Under the pieces are notes generated by a model that saw only the letters and a list, made by a program, of their open reading frames with translations, had not been told where the DNA came from and did not search any database. A stretch of DNA of 13,922 bases from positions 1-13,922 of the forward strand of contig CAWHOE010000075.1 in assembly GCA_963830915.1 (NCBI GenBank), read 5' to 3'. Numbering within the stretch: position 1 is the first letter of the stretch; each line of letters begins with the position of its first letter. Below are positions 1-5,421 of this stretch, piece by piece. Both the position numbers and the translations under genes were made by a program. The DNA is from a candidate division FCPU426 bacterium. GTDB taxonomy: Bacteria; Oederibacteriota; Muellerivitia; Muellerivitales; Muellerivitaceae.

Positions 1-1
1 A

Positions 2-373
2 TTCTTGATCATCTTGCATTTCGCCTGTAGTAGCAGTAGTACGCCAACCGGTGGTTACGGAAATAGCCCCACACCGACCCCGGTGCCGGGCGGATCAGGA
101 CTGGTCACCGCCACCACCAGCAATACCTTCAACCCCGCGGCGGTCACCATCACTCACGGCAACGCTGTTACCTTCGTGCTGGGGGGCGGTTCCCATACCC
201 TCTATATCGACAACGGGAGCGGAACCTGCGTCCAGAACTACAATACCTGGCCCCAGACCATCACCTTCCCCACGGCCGGGACCTACCACTTCCATTGCAG
301 TAATCACTCGACTTGCGGGACCTCGTCTTGCAGCGCCTGTACCGGCATGGCAGGGTTCGTGGTCGTTCAATAA
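2..373 (+). CDS. Cupredoxin (plastocyanin/azurin-like) lipoprotein, 5'-truncated
   Basis: Frame is open from the window edge. A hydrophobic stretch ends in lipobox-like FA-C (Cys codon 26-28), followed by a S/T/P/G linker. Cupredoxin hallmarks follow: F-N-P-x-x-V-T-I-x-x-G-x-x-V-T-F, His at 194-196, F-P-T-A-G-T-Y-x-F-x-C-x-x-H and G-M-x-G-x-V-x-V. Confidence 0.85.
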   Translation, partial: FLIILHFACSSSSTPTGGYGNSPTPTPVPGGSGLVTATTSNTFNPAAVTITHGNAVTFVLGGGSHTLYIDNGSGTCVQNYNTWPQTITFPTAGTYHFHCSNHSTCGTSSCSACTGMAGFVVVQ

Positions 374-395
374 GCTAACCAACCACATATCAGGG

Positions 396-460
396 AAAAA
401 AGGCCTGGCATCACTCTCCATTTCTAGATGGGGAATGACCGCTAGGCCTTTTTTTGTTTT
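396..460 (+). terminator. Long imperfect hairpin with U-tract, likely intrinsic (possibly bidirectional) terminator
   Basis: AAAAAAGGCCTGGC (396-409) pairs with GCTAGGCCTTTTTT (441-454). Inner arms are TCA/TGA and TCTCCAT/ATGGGGA. The T-run extends to 460. It starts 22 nt after the cupredoxin stop codon. Confidence 0.75.
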
Positions 461-470
461 CCAGGCGCCG

Positions 471-499
471 CTCACAGGACCTATTACTTGAGCTAAAAT
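471..499 (+). promoter_or_regulatory. Possible sigma70 promoter for the 529-1655 gene trio
   Basis: CTCACA (471-476), a 17-nt spacer and TAAAAT (494-499), lying between the terminator and the RBS at 517-522. The -35 match is weak. Confidence 0.3.
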
Positions 500-528
500 A
501 TCCATAATTGACAGTCAAGGAGAGTTCG

Positions 529-930
529 ATGACCGAGGAAGAGATGTATGTCTGGAATCGCAGCCTGGACACAAATCGCGCCCCTGAATTTCGCGAGGGC
601 GATAAAGCCCTGGGCGCCTTACTTCACACCCATGGTCTCATTTGTAACGGCGGTGTTTTTCACGCCGTTGCTGAATGTCTTAGTCCTGAGGAACTTAAAG
701 CCGCTTGCGAAGGCTATCGGTATTTTCAGCTGCGGGAAGCGGCTGAATTATTGGAAAAAGCCAGCCGCACGCCGTGGGACGAAAACAACGAGGAACATTT
801 CAACGACTTGTATTACGATAAATTCATAAGAGGGATCATCAACGAACGATTCCACGAGCATTTCCAAAAGAACCGGGAGCTTTACGCCCCATTAGTCCCT
901 CCGCAGCCAAAAAACCGAACGAATAGCTAG
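529..930 (+). CDS. Small acidic helical protein, DMP19/DUF4375-like
   Basis: ATG at 529 follows AAGGAG (517-522), so it is preferred over TTG at 508. The protein has an NGG motif followed by a helical segment (A..GY.YF.L.EAAELLEKA) and an acidic segment (DENNEEHFNDLYY), reminiscent of DUF4375/DMP19. The family call is tentative. Confidence 0.6.
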   Translation: MTEEEMYVWNRSLDTNRAPEFREGDKALGALLHTHGLICNGGVFHAVAECLSPEELKAACEGYRYFQLREAAELLEKASRTPWDENNEEHFNDLYYDKFIRGIINERFHEHFQKNRELYAPLVPPQPKNRTNS

Positions 931-952
931 TAAATCACGAAGGAAACAACTG

Positions 953-1372
953 TTGAAAGAACGAATAAAGACCCTGGGAGTTTTGAACCTGTTCCGGAAT
1001 CTGAAAACAGGCAAACATTTCATATCCAATTTGTACGGCCGCGGGGTTTATTACGAGGTGGGGGATTTGATAGAAGTTCGTAAGGAAGACTTTGAAAAAT
1101 ATGGTCTCGATATCATTTTGACCCACTTACAAAAGGACCAACAACCCTCGCCTCCGGATGACAGGATCTCCCATAAGGATATCCGTTATAAAACCAGGGG
1201 AATGAAGGAGGTCACGATCAGTTTGAAAGAGAATGGCGAGCTGGGTATTTACCCGGTCAGAGGGAACGACCATCCCAGAGAGGGCGGCGCTGATATTCCC
1301 TCGGACTGCGACATTAAATTGTTCTTGAATACATTAGATAAAGTGTTCGAATATTCCCGAAGAAGCCGCTGA
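953..1372 (+). CDS. Hypothetical protein (139 aa), possibly immunity-protein-like
   Basis: TTG start with AAGGA at 940-944, 22 nt after the upstream stop. Soluble alpha/beta-like composition. No family confidently recognised. Confidence 0.7.
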   Translation: MKERIKTLGVLNLFRNLKTGKHFISNLYGRGVYYEVGDLIEVRKEDFEKYGLDIILTHLQKDQQPSPPDDRISHKDIRYKTRGMKEVTISLKENGELGIYPVRGNDHPREGGADIPSDCDIKLFLNTLDKVFEYSRRSR

Positions 1373-1436
1373 ACCGCGTCTCCGCCAAAGATCGATACGA
1401 CCCCGCAAGAAAACGTTCCATAATCAGGAGGGACAA

Positions 1437-1655
1437 ATGGGATATTTCATTATTCCGGCCATATTCATTCTTTTTGGTTTCATAACCCTGGTCAATGTTT
1501 GGCAATTTTCCAAACATTTATCTAAAACGGACGCTGATGGACGTCAACCTTTGAAAAAGACCTTTATTTTCATGCGAGTAGTGGGATTTTTCACCGGGAT
1601 TGTCCTGATCTATTTCGGAATCCAAGGCTTTGTAAAAGCTCTGTTGGGCCATTGA
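1437..1655 (+). CDS. Small two-helix membrane protein (72 aa)
   Basis: Strong RBS (AGGAGG) upstream. Two hydrophobic segments (YFIIPAIFILFGFITLVNVW and FIFMRVVGFFTGIVLIYFGIQGFV) are separated by a basic loop. Confidence 0.75.
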   Translation: MGYFIIPAIFILFGFITLVNVWQFSKHLSKTDADGRQPLKKTFIFMRVVGFFTGIVLIYFGIQGFVKALLGH

Positions 1656-1752
1656 GTTTATCGGATCATCCGAAGTTTGGCGGTTCCCAATTCTCACAGA
1701 GGGTGTTGTCTTTGTTAGAGAAGAACAGGTCCGAAATTTTCACTGTCCTCTT

Positions 1753-2787
1753 TTACGGCGCCGCTACGATCCTGTTGCGGCCGGTTGCCTTGGCTTCGTA
1801 AAGCGCCTTGTCGGCCGCTTGGATGGCCGCCTCGGTGTCCCACCCCTGGGCCGGATCACAGACCGCGTAGCCCATACTGGCCTGGACAGGGATGCGCGCC
1901 TCGCCCGTCTCGAAATGGGTATCCCGGAGCTTTTCCAATATTCGGTTGCAGATTTTCCCGGCCATGATCTTATCCACGTCAGGCATCACGATAATGAACT
2001 CTTCGCCGCCGTAACGGCCGACGGTATCGAATTCTCTGGCCCCGCCCCTCAACCTGCGGGCCACTTCCACCAAAACCTTATCCCCGGCCAAATGGCCGTG
2101 ATTGTCGTTCACTTCCTTGAAATGGTCCAGGTCCAACATGGCGACCACGAAAGGCTGCCCCGACTTCTCCGAATAAGCCTTCCTTTTCTCCAACAACTTG
2201 GCGATGCCGTCCCGGTTCCATAACCGGGTCAGGGGGTCGATGAGGGCTTTCCTTTTCGCCTCATCCAATTCCAGGATCAATTCTCTTTGGGCCAAGTTCA
2301 CGCCCTCGTTCCGCAGTTCCCTTTCAACTAAAAAACCCAGGTCCTTGATGGCGTCTATCTCCTGCGAAGTGATTGTCCGGGGTTTGGTATCGATAACGCA
2401 CAAGGTCCCGATCTTGTGGTTCTGCGAGCTCAAAAGGGGCTGGCCCACGTAAAAACGGATATGTGGCGGTCCGGTCACCAGAGGGCTATCAAGCACCCGG
2501 GGATCGGTGGTAGCGTCCGTTACTACCATGATCTCATCACGCAGGATGGCGTGTCCGCAAAAGGAAACGGTGCGGGGGGTTTCGGCCACATCCAGACCGA
2601 TACAAGACTTGAACCATTGACGGTCCTCGTCCACAAGGGAAATGACGGCTATGGGCACATGCATGACCATCTTGGCCAAGCGGGTGAGTCGGTCGAACCT
2701 TTCCTCCAAAGGGGTATCCAACTGTTGAAGAGCGCGAAGGGATAGTAGGCGTTCTTTTTCGTCCGGGGGGAGGGCGGCGGCAGGCAT
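1753..2787 (-). CDS. GAF-sensor diguanylate cyclase (GAF + GGDEF)
   Basis: N-terminal GAF domain (E..RL..L..L..LDTP.EERFDRLTRLA, SLVD.DRQWFKS, SFCGHAI, IRFY.G.PL, GTLCVID.KPR). The GGDEF domain has DPLT.L.NR, DLDHFK.VND.HGH..GD, RYGGEEF and AD.ALY.AK..GRN. The RxxD I-site (REFD) is intact. RBS is GAGGA. Confidence 0.96.
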   Translation of the reverse strand: MPAAALPPDEKERLLSLRALQQLDTPLEERFDRLTRLAKMVMHVPIAVISLVDEDRQWFKSCIGLDVAETPRTVSFCGHAILRDEIMVVTDATTDPRVLDSPLVTGPPHIRFYVGQPLLSSQNHKIGTLCVIDTKPRTITSQEIDAIKDLGFLVERELRNEGVNLAQRELILELDEAKRKALIDPLTRLWNRDGIAKLLEKRKAYSEKSGQPFVVAMLDLDHFKEVNDNHGHLAGDKVLVEVARRLRGGAREFDTVGRYGGEEFIIVMPDVDKIMAGKICNRILEKLRDTHFETGEARIPVQASMGYAVCDPAQGWDTEAAIQAADKALYEAKATGRNRIVAAP

Positions 2788-3121
2788 CGGGTTTCCTCAG
2801 TTCGAAGGTTGGTATTGGCTAAAACTTTTAGGTCGGTGGATCTTGTGTTCTTAAGCGTTCCCTTGATCCATCGACCCGTTAAGGTTAAACGAGAATACCA
2901 GCCTTTTCCCTTATATATCTATACCGGTAAATAATTTAACTTGGCGGTTTCAATGGGAAAGAGGAATTCAATCTTACCGGGAACTTTTTTCAGGAAATTC
3001 ACTCTGCCGATGGCAAAAAGAGGGTGTATGAGGTCAAAAATGTCAAAAAGGGGGTCTGAAAGACCGACTCAAACATTTTCCGGCTCATTAACCCATAACG
3101 ATACTTCAACCCAATAGCTTA

Positions 3122-3532
3122 TTAGCGCTTTGCGGATTTCTTTCCGCCCGTGGCGTTGAGAAGGACGGCCTCCCGCAGGAGCGCCTTGAACGCTTTCCCA
3201 TCGATCGTCTCGCCCTCGTGGATGTCGATGGCGCGCCGGACGTTGCCTTCCAGGCTGGAGTTGAAGAGCTTAGCGGGGTCTTTCAAGGAAGCGCCCTTGG
3301 CAAAGGTCAGCTTCACGACATTCTTGTAGGTCTCCCCAGTGCAGATCATGCCGTCCTGGTACCAAACAGGCACCCCTCTCCACTTCCAATCTTCCACCAC
3401 GTCGGGGATGGCCTCCTTTATGAGAGCGCGCATCCTGGCCAGGGTTTCGCCCCGCCAGTCCCCCAACCCGGCGATCCTTTTATCGATCAATTTGGATGCC
3501 GCTTTACCCGCCAGTTTGGGTGGTGTTTTCAT
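3122..3532 (-). CDS. DUF1801 (YdhG-like) domain protein
   Basis: Motifs ID..IA.L.DWRG..L.R.R.LI, KWRGVPVW...G.ICTGE.YK..VKLTF.KGA.L.DP..LFN.SL.GN.RRAID. Start placed at ATG 3532 (MKTPPK) after a purine-rich RBS. The ORF-track start at 3586 overlaps the upstream stop and is also possible. Confidence 0.9.
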   Translation of the reverse strand: MKTPPKLAGKAASKLIDKRIAGLGDWRGETLARMRALIKEAIPDVVEDWKWRGVPVWYQDGMICTGETYKNVVKLTFAKGASLKDPAKLFNSSLEGNVRRAIDIHEGETIDGKAFKALLREAVLLNATGGKKSAKR

Positions 3533-3582
3533 CTTCCCGCCTTTTCTATTCATAATGGCCCTAGGAGAATCTTGGCGAAATT

Positions 3583-4008
3583 TCACTTATTATTCAATAC
3601 ATTCTCCGTCAATCGGTCCAAGTTCTGCTCATTAGCCGGGACGACGATATGTTCCAGGCTCTTGGCCACTTCATCGCTCTCAAAAACCTGCGACCAGGAG
3701 ACCAACGTTCCTTCCGCCGATGGTTCCAAGGTGATGGTCAATGAATATTTCGGCGTTGAGGCGTGTTGGACCACAACCCTTGTCGGAGCCTGTATTTCGG
3801 CGAATACATTCTCATTCGGATAGTTCTTGCCGTCCGGCCCATGCATGATGAAGGACCAGCGCCCGCCGTTCACGAACTCGCAGATATGGAATGTATTGGT
3901 GAATCCGCCAGGGCCCCACCACTTCGCTAATCGTTCCGGATGACTGATAGCGGAAAAGACCTGTTCCACGGTCGCCGGTATCTCCCTGGATGTATTAAAG
4001 GTGGTCAT
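3583..4008 (-). CDS. SRPBCC/AHSA1 (START-like) domain protein
   Basis: Motifs R.I.A..E.VF.A...PE.LAKWWGP.GFTNT, GG.W.F.MHGPDG..YPN..VF.EI and C-terminal helix NEQNLDRL. RBS is GGGAGAG. Confidence 0.92.
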   Translation of the reverse strand: MTTFNTSREIPATVEQVFSAISHPERLAKWWGPGGFTNTFHICEFVNGGRWSFIMHGPDGKNYPNENVFAEIQAPTRVVVQHASTPKYSLTITLEPSAEGTLVSWSQVFESDEVAKSLEHIVVPANEQNLDRLTENVLNNK

Positions 4009-4304
4009 GACTCTCCCTATTTGTTGGTTTTGTATTAAATAGGGATTGTAATTAACTCAAAGAGCAAAAAAATAGGGGGCCCAACCAATATCTTTATCTT
4101 TTGCTTTTAAGGGCGATTTTTAGGGTTAGAACGGTTGTTTGCATTCCCATCCGAGGTAATATCTTCCAAGGACTTGCGCTTTTATTGGGGGCCCAAAGAC
4201 AGCCAATTGGGCGATATATTATGAACGGGGGATTCAACGCAACTTTATCCAAACAGTAGCGTCTAAATAGGGATGGTAAAATGGATCGAACTGTGGAGAA
4301 AACT

Positions 4305-5378
4305 ATGAAAAAATCACTCTTTTGGGTCTTGGCTGTTTTGGGGTTGACCATTCCTTGGGCTTGTTCCAGTAACTCCACACCCACCACCCCAGGAGTGTCG
4401 AATCGCTTCCCACAGCCCACCTCCACCCCCACCAATCTTGGCGGGTATACATCCACACCCACCGCGACTTTCCAACCCACCCCTCCCTTCATATCAGGGT
4501 TCGGCGGGGCTGTAACGGCTCCCAATGGGTTGGCTTATGGCAACAGTTCCATCTATGTCGCTGAGGGGGATGGAAGTTCCGTTTCCCAGGTCCAGGTATT
4601 CGGGCTTTCCGGCGGCTCGGCCGTGACCCAGTTCACCTCTTATGCCGGGACCAATTTCATCTATCCCAACGGGGTGGCGGTCAGCCCCTTGACCGGGAAC
4701 ATTTATGTGCTCGATGCCGGACTTCAATATTCGCCATACACAGGAGCGGCCGTTTATGAACTGACTTCGAACGGAACCGCCGTGACCTCGTGGCCCGGTT
4801 ACGGGGGCGGGACTTTCCTTGTCCCCAATGGCATCGCGATAGACTCGAATGGGAACGTTTATGTGGCGGATAGTTTTAACAACCAGGTCGAGGAATTCGG
4901 CGCGGGCGGAGCGACCATCGCGATGTGGACCACCAACATAACCTTCGGCGGTTCCACTTATCCGGTAGCCCCCATGGCGGTCGCGTTGGATCCAAGCAAC
5001 AACCTTTTTGTCGCTGATGGTAATAACGACATGGTTTGGGAACTTTCCACCGCTGGCGGCACCTTGACCACCACCAACAGTTGGAATCTCCCCCTGCCGC
5101 CGGCGGCCTTCGACAGCGATTACCAATTTTATGGTCTAGCCGTTGACGCCTCCTCCAATGTTTATGTGGCGGATTACGACAACGGTCTGGTCGAGATCTA
5201 CAACAACAGCGGGTCCATGATCGGCGAGATGACCGGCAACGAGGGCAGCGCCACACCATTCATCGGGCCGGATGGGATCCTGCTGGCGAACAATAACATT
5301 TATGTCTCCGACTACGACAGCAATACAGGCTCCAGCGCCTTGGGCATCATCGAGATATTCGGGCCAAACAGCTATTGA
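4305..5378 (+). CDS. NHL-repeat (six-bladed beta-propeller) lipoprotein
   Basis: ATG at 4305 follows GGAG. Signal peptide MKKSLFWVLAVLGLTIPWA-C is followed by a T/P-rich linker. Six NHL-type repeats begin PNGLAYG, PNGVAVS, PNGIAID, PMAVALD, FYGLAVD and PDGILLA, each followed by a (I/V/L)(Y/F)V(A/L/S)(D/E) motif. Confidence 0.92.
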   Translation: MKKSLFWVLAVLGLTIPWACSSNSTPTTPGVSNRFPQPTSTPTNLGGYTSTPTATFQPTPPFISGFGGAVTAPNGLAYGNSSIYVAEGDGSSVSQVQVFGLSGGSAVTQFTSYAGTNFIYPNGVAVSPLTGNIYVLDAGLQYSPYTGAAVYELTSNGTAVTSWPGYGGGTFLVPNGIAIDSNGNVYVADSFNNQVEEFGAGGATIAMWTTNITFGGSTYPVAPMAVALDPSNNLFVADGNNDMVWELSTAGGTLTTTNSWNLPLPPAAFDSDYQFYGLAVDASSNVYVADYDNGLVEIYNNSGSMIGEMTGNEGSATPFIGPDGILLANNNIYVSDYDSNTGSSALGIIEIFGPNSY

Positions 5379-5421
5379 TCGTTTCCATGTCGCGTTGTCT
5401 TATTGGTGAAATTATTTTCCG

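Noticed and set aside
51..505. Overlapping ORFs 51-491 (+) and 95-505 (-)
   Set aside because: These are shadow frames of the cupredoxin gene that run through the terminator hairpin. Composition is Pro/Arg- or Gly-rich with no recognisable motifs.
1725..1740. CAGGTCCGAAA recalling the SRP RNA core
   Set aside because: The required following GGAAGCAGC and the long flanking stem are absent.
1785..2745. Several + strand ORFs antisense to the diguanylate cyclase
   Set aside because: Expected antisense open frames in GC-rich coding DNA, with no domain signal.
3042..3093. Loose resemblance to a c-di-GMP-I riboswitch (GTCAAA...GGTCTGAAAGACC-GACTCAAA...TCCGGC) near a diguanylate cyclase
   Set aside because: It lacks the conserved GGCAAA and GACGCAAA elements and a clear P1 stem. 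It is on the + strand, pointing at the 3' end of an opposite-strand gene, so it has no gene to regulate.
3218..5259. ORFs 3218-3823, 3339-3635, 4094-4525, 4494-5126 and 4876-5259
   Set aside because: They are antisense to well-supported genes and have no recognisable protein features.
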